A stretch of 55,030 bases of DNA. Origin: Methylococcaceae bacterium UBA2778 (GTDB lineage: Bacteria; Pseudomonadota; Gammaproteobacteria; Methylococcales; UBA2778). The position numbers and the translations under genes were made by a program. Of this stretch, positions 18,850-27,800 are shown piece after piece. The notes beneath the pieces are model-generated. The model was not told where the DNA came from. It did no database searches and saw only the letters and a program-made list of their open reading frames with translations. Position 1 is the first letter of the stretch, and each line of letters starts with the position of its first letter. Location: NCBI GenBank assembly GCA_002352385.1, contig DEII01000063.1, forward strand, positions 13,575 to 68,604, in the 5' to 3' direction.

Positions 18850-19653
18850 TTACGAGTGATAAAGTAATATCTCGCCCTTATTCAACTCAATCGAATCGCC
18901 GCACCAGCGTTGATAGCTTCCGGTCAACCAGGCATCATCGATTACAAGCCCTAACTCGCGCAAATAATTGAGATAAAAACGCAGGAAGATGGGTTGATAG
19001 GTACAGGAATAACTGAACGTCGGGAGCATCTGTGCCGGTTTCATCGAAACGATCGAACCTCGTTTCATACCGGCGCCGGTTCGAATACCCATTTCTCCCA
19101 ATACGAAAATGGATCCCGCCAACATGTTAAGGCCGGTGAAATCGCCGCTGTTGCCGCCGATTGCGATCAATCCGCGCCTTAATCCACCACCGGCTTCATT
19201 CTTGCAATTACCGTGGACTATGATTTCACCGCCCTGCATTCCAACTTCGGCGCCACGTACGACGCACCCGACCATATGACCGGCATTGCCTTTGATGATA
19301 ATGCTGCCGCCCTTCATGTCTTCCCCGACCCAGTCTTGCGCATTGCCATTGACGACGATCCGGCCGCCGCTCATACCGACGCCGAGATGGCCGCTCACAT
19401 TGCCGTCAATGATCATCTGACCACCGGACATACCTTTCCCGAGCAGCTTGACGAAAGATAGGTCCCCTTCGAGCTCGAGCCTGCCGTTCATTTTCCCGGT
19501 CACGGTAAAGAATTCGCCCAGGGCTTCCTTTCGATTTCCATGATGCACCGTCAGAGCGGATACTTCGGCTTCCGTTAGACCATTCAGCGAAGTGGGACCG
19601 ATGACTTCAGCTTCCAGCGGGACTTCGGGTGCGGTGTGTAGTGTTAATTTCAT
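18850..19653 (-). CDS. fhcC: formylmethanofuran dehydrogenase subunit C / FhcC
   Basis: 267 aa. Repeated beta-helix units G..GxxMxGGxIxVxGNA (GKGMSGGQMIIDGN, GVGMSGGRIVVNGNA, GEDMKGGSIIIKGNA, MQGGEIIVHGN). Confidence 0.9.
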   Translation of the reverse strand: MKLTLHTAPEVPLEAEVIGPTSLNGLTEAEVSALTVHHGNRKEALGEFFTVTGKMNGRLELEGDLSFVKLLGKGMSGGQMIIDGNVSGHLGVGMSGGRIVVNGNAQDWVGEDMKGGSIIIKGNAGHMVGCVVRGAEVGMQGGEIIVHGNCKNEAGGGLRRGLIAIGGNSGDFTGLNMLAGSIFVLGEMGIRTGAGMKRGSIVSMKPAQMLPTFSYSCTYQPIFLRFYLNYLRELGLVIDDAWLTGSYQRWCGDSIELNKGEILLYHS

Positions 19654-19724
19654 AATGGTTTGCCGGCGTGCCGTGCGCTAAAGGATGTTTTTCGAAGGAT
19701 TCAGGAACAGGACGTCTGCCTGCT

Positions 19725-20636
19725 TCAACTCTGCAGCAAAGCGTGCAACTTGATCTGATACTGGCCCAGGTTGCCACCGTAATTCCCCGCTGTTATCTGC
19801 ACCAGGCCCTCGCCCGCGGCAGCATGCATGCCCTGTCGCATTGCCTCACCGACCGACGCTTCCTCCAGGCCGTCGACGACGATCTCGAGCACACAACCGA
19901 TTTCTTCACTCAATTCCGTTTTTGCGGCACTTCCTCGCAACGTGGGGCAATAGGCGTCATTGGTCGAAGCGGGTAATGCTTTGTATCTGGAGCCTGGCTT
20001 GCTACCGCTTCGAACGATCCCTCCGGGAAAAGGCAGAATTACTCCGGGGACCTTCCGCATGGCGCGGGCCGCTACTTCCGCCGCACTCAGCGTGGAAGAC
20101 ATGTCTTTTCCCAGCAGCAGCAGATTGCCGCCGCCAACCGCCGCTTGCACGCCGAACGCATCATCGATCAAAAACTCACCTTCCATCACCGGGATACGCC
20201 ATATTTTCCGACCATTGAGTACCTTACTGGCTTGATAGCCGTCACCGAAATAGCGCAGCTTTTCGCCAACGGCAACGTGCTCTTGCGCCCCTTCCAGGCC
20301 GTTGAAACAAGCCGTCGTCGGGCAGGTCATCACGCTTTGACCAATCCGTTCGGCGAGCCGATTACCGACGCCTTTCGCCGAGCCGGCAAACAACAGAACA
20401 CTGACGCCCGGCCTTTGATCGGGCGTTTCGTCGGCAGACAACGCTGTTTCGATGCCCATTTCGCATCGACAACCGATGACCGATGTCGCGAACCCGGTTG
20501 CCGACTGCGCGGCCGTCATCGCCCATTGATCGGTTTCCGCGGTAATAATGACCCGCGCCGCTGACATTTTAAATGCTTCCGCAAAGGTATCGGTCACTTC
20601 GGTCGTTTGTATATGCATTTTTTTTATTGCAGACAT
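19725..20636 (-). CDS. fhcD: formylmethanofuran:tetrahydromethanopterin N-formyltransferase (Ftr / FhcD)
   Basis: 303 aa. N-terminus ...VTDTFAEAFKMSAARVIITAETDQWA is typical of Ftr. Located inside the fwd/fhc operon. Confidence 0.9.
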   Translation of the reverse strand: MSAIKKMHIQTTEVTDTFAEAFKMSAARVIITAETDQWAMTAAQSATGFATSVIGCRCEMGIETALSADETPDQRPGVSVLLFAGSAKGVGNRLAERIGQSVMTCPTTACFNGLEGAQEHVAVGEKLRYFGDGYQASKVLNGRKIWRIPVMEGEFLIDDAFGVQAAVGGGNLLLLGKDMSSTLSAAEVAARAMRKVPGVILPFPGGIVRSGSKPGSRYKALPASTNDAYCPTLRGSAAKTELSEEIGCVLEIVVDGLEEASVGEAMRQGMHAAAGEGLVQITAGNYGGNLGQYQIKLHALLQS

Positions 20637-20686
20637 CTGCGAATCAGGAAGAAAACCTCTCGGGACTTGGACATTCTATTGTCTTC

Positions 20687-20763
20687 CGGTAGGGCGGGCA
20701 CGCTTTTCTGCCCGCTACGTCGCCGGTGGATTTGGTGTGCAAAAAAGCGTGCCCACCCTACGA
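20687..20763. repeat. REP-like inverted repeat inside the fwd/fhc operon
   Basis: GTAGGGCGGGCACGCTTTT (20689-20707) pairs with AAAAGCGTGCCCACCCTAC (20743-20761) at 18/19. Same GTAGGGCGG core as the 15.2-kb and 29.8-kb units. Confidence 0.65.
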
Positions 20764-20783
20764 TTCAAGACAGTCGGTTCCGG

Positions 20784-22430
20784 TCAGGTCACCGGGATAT
20801 TCGCAATAACCTCTGTGTTGTGCACATGCGTATCGGAAACCGGATAATTGTCGAATTGAACGCTGTAGTAATCGTCGAAGAACGAACGAATTTCGTTCTC
20901 GATACTTTTATCATATTCCGGCGCAATGTGGAATATACGGCCGCTGTGATCCGCGCAGAACTCGTGATTTTTGATAAACAGGTGCCCGTCCTTGATGACG
21001 AACCGGGCGGCATTGAACATCTCTTCCTTGTTGTCCATCTCGTCATAGATCGTGATGTCGGCATCGGCGCCCACACCGAGATGGCCTTTGTTCTTCAACC
21101 CCAGCAGTCGTGCAGGTCCCGCCCGGGTCACGATGGCAATCTCCTGCATGGAATATTCTCGGGTGAGGTCCGGCAAGCTGGTTTTTCCGATTGCTTTCTG
21201 ATTAACGCGGGTTGCCTCCTGGTTGCGGAAATCGCGATCCATCAGCAAGCGGATCAGGCGGGGATAGTTGAGGAATGAGCCGCCGTTGGGATGATCGGTG
21301 GAGAGCACCATTCGCCAGGGATCTTTCGCCATCAGAAATAATTCCAAACCGATCGCCCACTGCAACGTATGGGTATAAACGTGTTGCTGGTATTCGAACG
21401 GAATGATGCCGCACCCACTTTCGCATTCGGTATCCGCGTTGATCCATTTTCGCTCTTTCACGTGGCGCAGCATCCAGGCGAGCGGTGCATCCGCGGTCAT
21501 GCTGACCGATTTCCCGAACATGACTTGGCCTACATCGGCGCTGATATTCGGGTTGTCGTTGACGAAATCGGAGATTGCACGGGCTGCGGAAACCGGGTTC
21601 TTGCCAACCTCCCCGCCATAACTGTGGAACTGGATGTGAGTGATGTGGACCCTGCGTCCTTCGGCCGTACGCATGGTCTCGAGCGTCGTTTCATAGTTTC
21701 CGCTGTGGCCGAGGTTGTTGCAGTGGATATGCGCAGGATGCGGCAGGCCGAGATCGTTGGCGACGTCGATCAACGCCTTGATCACCTTTCTCGGGGTCAG
21801 GTCGAAGGCATGAATCTTCTGGTCCAGCGCCGTGATGTTGGCGTTCTTCTTGCCTTTCCACATCTCATCGGCACCGGGATTCACCAATTTGATCGTGTAC
21901 GCCTTGGTTGCTTTCACCCACCAGGCGACGGCTTCGCGGAATTCTTCCATTCGCCCCTTTTCTAACAGCTGATGCAGCATGCTGTTATTGCCCATCAGGA
22001 CATAGTACCCCTTATCGATGATGGGGGTATCTTCCAGCTCCTCCAAAACGTGCCGAGCGCTCAATGGGGGCACCGCCGCTTCCATGGCAGTCGTGTAGCC
22101 CATGGTGGCGTAACGGTAGCCGGTGGCGAACGTGGAGGGCACGACGCCACCCGACCCCGACCGGGTATATTCGGTGCCGGGATGGGGATCATAACGATGG
22201 TCTTCCGGCTGAAACTTCCTGGCCAGGTTGACTTTGGACCCGGCGATATGGCAGTGTATATCCACACCGCCGGGCATGACCACCATGCCGTGAGCATCTA
22301 TCGTCGGCGCATCCTCCGGCACACTGTCGACAATTTTTCCATCCAGTATGCAGACATCCCGCACCTGGCCATCGATATCGTTGGCGGGATCGTACACTTT
22401 CCCATTGACAATGCGCAGCGTTGAGGACAT
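20784..22430 (-). CDS. fhcA: formylmethanofuran dehydrogenase subunit A / FhcA (amidohydrolase)
   Basis: 548 aa. Metal-binding GGVDIHCHIAG (HxH) and a full-length FwdA-like amidohydrolase. Confidence 0.9.
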   Translation of the reverse strand: MSSTLRIVNGKVYDPANDIDGQVRDVCILDGKIVDSVPEDAPTIDAHGMVVMPGGVDIHCHIAGSKVNLARKFQPEDHRYDPHPGTEYTRSGSGGVVPSTFATGYRYATMGYTTAMEAAVPPLSARHVLEELEDTPIIDKGYYVLMGNNSMLHQLLEKGRMEEFREAVAWWVKATKAYTIKLVNPGADEMWKGKKNANITALDQKIHAFDLTPRKVIKALIDVANDLGLPHPAHIHCNNLGHSGNYETTLETMRTAEGRRVHITHIQFHSYGGEVGKNPVSAARAISDFVNDNPNISADVGQVMFGKSVSMTADAPLAWMLRHVKERKWINADTECESGCGIIPFEYQQHVYTHTLQWAIGLELFLMAKDPWRMVLSTDHPNGGSFLNYPRLIRLLMDRDFRNQEATRVNQKAIGKTSLPDLTREYSMQEIAIVTRAGPARLLGLKNKGHLGVGADADITIYDEMDNKEEMFNAARFVIKDGHLFIKNHEFCADHSGRIFHIAPEYDKSIENEIRSFFDDYYSVQFDNYPVSDTHVHNTEVIANIPVT

Positions 22431-22493
22431 CGGGCTAACCTTTTTTCATTAACAGAGCACGGACCGTTTTGTATTGTGCCTATCCTTCGATCG

Positions 22494-23822
22494 CTAATGG
22501 GCTTTCAGTTCGCGAATGCGTTCCGTCAGCGGCTTCAAAATGTCCAGATCGCTGGGAAAAGGCGACTCGAAGGCCGGCCGCAAGGGGATGGGAATATCGT
22601 CCATCCGGTAAACCGTGCCGGGCACGTTGATGCCGTAGCAGGCCGTGGTAAGAGCGACACGCGCAATTTGGCTGGTCGGCGTGGGCTTGGGATCGAAGGA
22701 GATCACAGGGATCTTTTTCAGGTGTTCGATTGCCGGTCTGGCGAAGTTTGCGATTGGATCGCTGGCGATGATGCAGGCGGCATCGGCTTCGCCGCGGACC
22801 AGAATATCGGTGGTGGTGAACTCGCCCGGTTCATGCCGGGGATAACCGCGATTGAAATTGACACCGAAGGGATAACCGGTCTGCCACGACATGACGGTAT
22901 CGGCACCGGTCACATTGCCGTGTCCACGCGCCGGTTTGACGACGAAGTGGGTGTGCTCGTTGAGATCGGCAGCCAGCAGGTGCAGCGCTCCGGTGTTGTA
23001 ATGGCGGCCGCGGGTCATGGTTAAACCCATTCCGAAAAAGAGGATGCCGTAATTGCAGGACATTAGTCGGTGGGCGACATCCTCGATGGTGGCCATGGGT
23101 ACGCCGGTCTGCTCTTCAATGGATGGGTTCAGCCTGCGACCTCTGGAAATCGATCTCAGGGCCGACAACAGTTCGTAGTCACTGCCCGGTTTCAATTGTA
23201 CAAACAGGTCGGCAATATTCGTCGTCGACGTGGAGCGTATATCGACGTTGATGACCGTGCGGTCTTTCCTGCCGTTAGGGATATACATTCCTTTCGGCAT
23301 AACCGTAAAATGCGTGGACAGTCGGGGGTGACAGTCGGTTGGATTGCAGCCCCAGTAAACAACCATATCCGCGCGGTTTTTGACCTCACCCAGTGTCGTC
23401 GTCGGCTCGCCGACGCCTTGAAGCCCCATGCCGGTCGGTCCGTGGCAGACGGACGAGGTGCTGTCGATGTTTGCGGACAGGTAATCGGCCATCGCCACCG
23501 CTTGCCGCTGCGCTTCGCTGGTGGTGTCGCTGAGACCGTAGATGATCGGAAAACGGGCATTGACGAGTATCTGTGCCGCCTCTTCGATGGCGTCCTCCAG
23601 ACTGGCCTCTTTACCGTCGATCAGCGCGACGGGACGACTTTCGTCCACGGAATGCTCACTGAACCAGGCTTTACCCAAAACACAGGCATTCTTGGATTTG
23701 ATAATGCATTTTTCATCCAAATCCACCGTCAATTCCATATCGTCGCACACGCATCCGCAAAACGTGCAGGTGGCGTTTTTAATGATTGTGGTGTTTTTTT
23801 CCGTTGCAGTGTTTTTATCCAT
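22494..23822 (-). CDS. fhcB: formylmethanofuran dehydrogenase subunit B / FhcB (molybdopterin-oxidoreductase fold)
   Basis: Start taken at MDKNT (ATG 23822), which overlaps the fwdD stop by 8 nt. N-terminal CTFCGCVCDD...C..(7)..C is a CX2CX3C..C Fe-S-type motif. SSVCHGPT is analogous to the (Sec/Cys)-His active site of formate dehydrogenases and FwdB. Confidence 0.85.
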   Translation of the reverse strand: MDKNTATEKNTTIIKNATCTFCGCVCDDMELTVDLDEKCIIKSKNACVLGKAWFSEHSVDESRPVALIDGKEASLEDAIEEAAQILVNARFPIIYGLSDTTSEAQRQAVAMADYLSANIDSTSSVCHGPTGMGLQGVGEPTTTLGEVKNRADMVVYWGCNPTDCHPRLSTHFTVMPKGMYIPNGRKDRTVINVDIRSTSTTNIADLFVQLKPGSDYELLSALRSISRGRRLNPSIEEQTGVPMATIEDVAHRLMSCNYGILFFGMGLTMTRGRHYNTGALHLLAADLNEHTHFVVKPARGHGNVTGADTVMSWQTGYPFGVNFNRGYPRHEPGEFTTTDILVRGEADAACIIASDPIANFARPAIEHLKKIPVISFDPKPTPTSQIARVALTTACYGINVPGTVYRMDDIPIPLRPAFESPFPSDLDILKPLTERIRELKAH

Positions 23823-24189
23823 CGTCTTCCTCCGGGGCCAAAGGCCCTTCGATTTCAACTACCAGATGTTTGGATGCGGGCATACCGGTACCGGCCGTGT
23901 CGCCATCGACCATCAACGCCGAGGTGGTCGGCCCGTATGGCATGAAGATCAAGCCCGAGGAGTTGTCCGTGACCTTGATTTTTCGCGGTATACAGGAAAC
24001 GACGACCGCATGGGTGCCCACACGCAGACGAACCCGGTCGCCTTTCTTCAGCCCGAGGCGATCCATGTCCTCCTGCTTGATTTCAGCCGTGGAAGTCGTT
24101 TCCTTATAGGCATCCTTGAGCTTGCCTGCATTCAGGGTCGTGCCTTGCTTGGTGGTCCGCATGGGAACCAGGATCATGGTTTCCGTCAT
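23815..24189 (-). CDS. fwdD: formylmethanofuran dehydrogenase subunit D-like protein (molybdopterin dinucleotide-binding beta-barrel)
   Basis: About 124 aa. ...RTTKQGTTLNAGK...IKQEDMDRLGLKKGDRVRLRVGTHAVVV...IFMPYGP...TAGTGMPASK..VVEIE parallels archaeal FwdD as I remember it. Start is uncertain (24189 or 24177; the track gives 24222). Confidence 0.7.
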   Translation of the reverse strand: MTETMILVPMRTTKQGTTLNAGKLKDAYKETTSTAEIKQEDMDRLGLKKGDRVRLRVGTHAVVVSCIPRKIKVTDNSSGLIFMPYGPTTSALMVDGDTAGTGMPASKHLVVEIEGPLAPEEDDG

Positions 24190-24344
24190 TGGCTTGATAA
24201 ATAGTGAGTGAAACAGCGACAAACGTCGAGATGAACTGCTTGAATCATCCCATCTTACCAGTTTCGTGTAAATGTCCGGTCCAATAGGCTGTCCCGGACC
24301 TTATCTTGGCCTTTACGCCCGGGCGTTACACCGTCCATAACCGA

Positions 24345-24668
24345 TCATCTCTCCAACAATTCAAGCTTGCCTTCTTTACCGTTCCATTCATCCGCATCGG
24401 GAAGGGGATCCTTCTGCTCGGTAATGACCGGCCAGATTTGTGACAACTCCGCGTTCAGTTCGAGAAAGTTTTCTTGGCCTTCCGGTATCTCGTCTTCGGA
24501 ATAGATTGCATTTGCCGGACACACCGGCTCGCACAGTGTGCAATCGATGCATTCGTCCGGGTCGATCACCAGGGTGTTCGGCCCTTCGTGAAAACAATCG
24601 ACAGGACACGGGTCCACGCAATCGGTATATTTACATTTGATACACTCTTCGCCGACAATAAAAGTCAT
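24345..24668 (-). CDS. fdxA: 7Fe ([3Fe-4S][4Fe-4S]) ferredoxin, Azotobacter FdxA type
   Basis: 107 aa. [31 protein letters not shown]...[16 protein letters not shown]. Confidence 0.85.
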   Translation of the reverse strand: MTFIVGEECIKCKYTDCVDPCPVDCFHEGPNTLVIDPDECIDCTLCEPVCPANAIYSEDEIPEGQENFLELNAELSQIWPVITEQKDPLPDADEWNGKEGKLELLER

Positions 24669-24801
24669 AACATTTTCCTTATCATCTAAATGGACGCACG
24701 TTTCATTTTCGACCTTCTCCCGGAAGGAGGAAGAGGGTCGCTCAAATGCTTAGGTTGTCGTATTAAATAACAAACGGTCACGTATTGCAAAGCGGTTGAC
24801 T

Positions 24802-27800
24802 TCACACATGAGGAAGGTCCGCCGCATCGGTCATCATGCCTAAAATGCCGACACTCTGCTTTTCGAGAACGTTGTTCTGGCGCAGGCGCGAATTCAGGAA
24901 GCTGAAGTCCACTTCGTCCATACCTTGATCCTGATTGAAGCAGGAGAACACGAACGTCTCCTCGCCGGTCTCGGGATCCACATGGCGCTGCAAACACTGA
25001 GCGCAGACCTTTTTCATCATGCACTGCATCGGCGAGTTGATGGAAGCGACAGCCACGTGCTCCTTCAAATACGGCTGCAGCAGCGACGGGTCGTGACGCG
25101 CAGCCTTGACCGCCGCCATCATGCGATCGGAACCGATGGCAACCAGATGTTCGGCCTCGTCCAGCGGAAAAAGCTGCGCCCCGAACTCACCATTGGAGTA
25201 GGCGATCATCGCCTGCACGATGTTGCCACGGAAATGGGCGTCGCGGGGGCGTTGCGGCTCGATTTGGTCACCCATGTCGGTGGAAAAGATGACCTGGTCG
25301 GTGGCCTCCTCGACCTCATCGCGTTTAAACAGGTCCGCACCATTCTTGTAACCGGCGAAATAGAGCACCTTGGAGCCCGCCTCTTTGCAGGCTTTGGCGA
25401 TGCTGAAGAGCACGGCATTGCCCAAACCGCCGCCGAGAAGAACTACATTGGCGTTCGACGGGATCTCCGTCGGCGCCCCGGTCGGCCCCATGCAGACAAC
25501 TTCTTCACCCGGCTGCAGATAGGCACACAGGTCGGAAGAACCGCCCATCTCCAATATGATCAAGGAGAGCAGGCCCTGCTCTTTGTCCACCCAGGCGCCG
25601 GTGAGGGCCACCCCTTCCATAGCCATTCTGAACCCTTTTATTTTGGGTGCATTGGCATCGAAGTTCTGCAGGCGGTAGAACTGGCCGGGGTGGAACTTCC
25701 GGGCCTGGTACGGGGCGCGCAGAACGACCTCGGTAATTGTCGAGGTCAGGCGCTCCACTCGAACGACCCGCGCCTTCAGCACATCATCCAGACGCGCCAC
25801 AAATTCCGTGTGCGCCCTGTCTCTTTGTCGCTGACCGGCAGGATCGAGGCCGCTGATCTCCGACCGAAAAATATCCACGACCTTCGGATAGCCGTTGCGC
25901 GCGGAGGCCATGGCTTTAACGACGTTGCCGGCATAAGCCGGATGGTTGTCGCCGTAATAGGACACCGTCAACCCTTCTTTATTATAGGAGGTGAAAAATG
26001 ATGCAGCAGGATCTTTGTCGTCCGCCAACTTGATCTCACCGTTGCTCTTAGCCGCATTGAACGGCTTGAAAAACTTGCCGTCGATGTCGAAGGTGTCGGG
26101 GTGCTCCAATTCGTATACGATGTTGGGGCTGGTGCCCGCCGCCACCATCAGCGAGCGGCAGGGCAGTTCCACTTCGTCATCCGATCCCTTGTAGCGGGCG
26201 CGCAACGTTTTGATGCTGCCATGCTCGTCGGCGACCGCTTCGGTCGGCGAGATGGTTTCGTCGAAGTAGATGCCCTCCTCCAATGCTTTGATGACCTCTT
26301 CGTGGTTCAACCGGTAGGCGGGGGATTCCTGAACGGTGCGGCGGTAGGCAAGCGTCACCCCGCCCCAGCCCCGAACCAGCTTGATCATGTCCGGCTCCCG
26401 CCCTTCGGTCGCGGCTCGTTCTTTCTCGGCGACGACCGCCTTGCCATGGGCAATGAATTCCTCATAGATGGTCTTCTCTTCCCCGACCAACTTCTCCAGG
26501 AATGCGTCCAGCCGGCCCTCGGCCTTCAGGATCGCGCTGCGTTTGAGCACTCGTTCCACCATCGCCGGGTAGTAGGCCATCAGCTCGGTGGCGGTATCGA
26601 TTGCCGTGAGCCCACCACCCAGAACCACCGCCGGCATCCGCACCTGTAGGTTGGCGAGAGAATCGTCCTTTGAAGCCCCGGTCAACTGCAACGCCATGAG
26701 GAAGTCGCTGGCCATGCGCACGCCGCGCAGGAGATTATTCTTCATCGGCACGATGGTGGGCTTGCCCGCTCCGGTGGCGATGGCGACGTGGTCGAAGCCG
26801 AGTTCGGCTGCGTCTTCCAGCGTCAGCGTGCCGCCGAAGCGCACGCCGCCATAGGCGGTAAACCCGGGCTTGCGAAGCAGAGTAAGGTATAGCAGGCGCA
26901 GGAAGTTCTTATCCCAGCGCACGGTGATGCCGTACTCGGATACCCCACCAAAACCGTCCAGGATACGCTGATCCAGCGGCTGGATGAAATCCTGCCAACT
27001 CGGCAGCGGCGCAAACCCCTCGCCAACCTGCTCTCCCGGCAAAGGCTCCAGCTTGAGACCGTCCACCGCAACGACGGCGAAGCCCTCGCTGGTCAGGAAG
27101 TGAGCCAAAGTATAACCGGCGGGCCCCAGTCCAACCACCAAAACCCGCTTGCCGTTCAGGGGGAGTTGATAAGGTCGACGAATATTCAAAGGGTTCCAAC
27201 GGGTCAGCAGGCCATAAACTTCCATACCCCAAGGCATATCTAATACATCCGTAAGAATACCCGTTTCGATCTGCGGAATGTTGACCGGATCCTGCTTCTG
27301 AAAGATGCAGGCTTTCATGCAATCGTTGCAGATGCGATGCCCGGTACCCGGACACATCGGGTTGTTGATCATCACTGTCGCCAGCCCGGCGAGCGCATCG
27401 CCCTGCTGCCGCAACAACTGGGCCTCCGAGATGTGCTCATCCAGCGGGCAGCCGTCCAGCACGATGCCCACGGGGTTGGTCTTGGTGTTGCCTTTCTTGT
27501 CCTTGACCCCTTTGTAGCAGGAATCTCGCTCCTGGTTGTGACAGAAAATGCACAGATCAAGCTCGCCAATCATCTCAGTGTGCTCATAGCGGTGGTCGGT
27601 CAACTCGAAACCGACCCGATGGCGGTAAATCGCTTCGGAGCCCTGAAAAAAGTGAGGCTTGTCGGGGTGCGGATATTCGCGCTCAACCAGGTTGCGAAAA
27701 TCGACTTTTTGCTGCAGGCGGAAGATCTCCCAGTGGCGGGTGGCGGCCGGACGAGGCTTGCTGTCAACCTGGTAGGCGCTCCAGATTTGAACTTTTCGGA

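Noticed and set aside
22494-23858. Possible selenocysteine (in-frame TGA) at the FwdB active site, as in some archaeal enzymes.
   Set aside because: The frame is uninterrupted and encodes Cys (SSVCHGPT). No TGA recoding or SECIS-like hairpin is needed.
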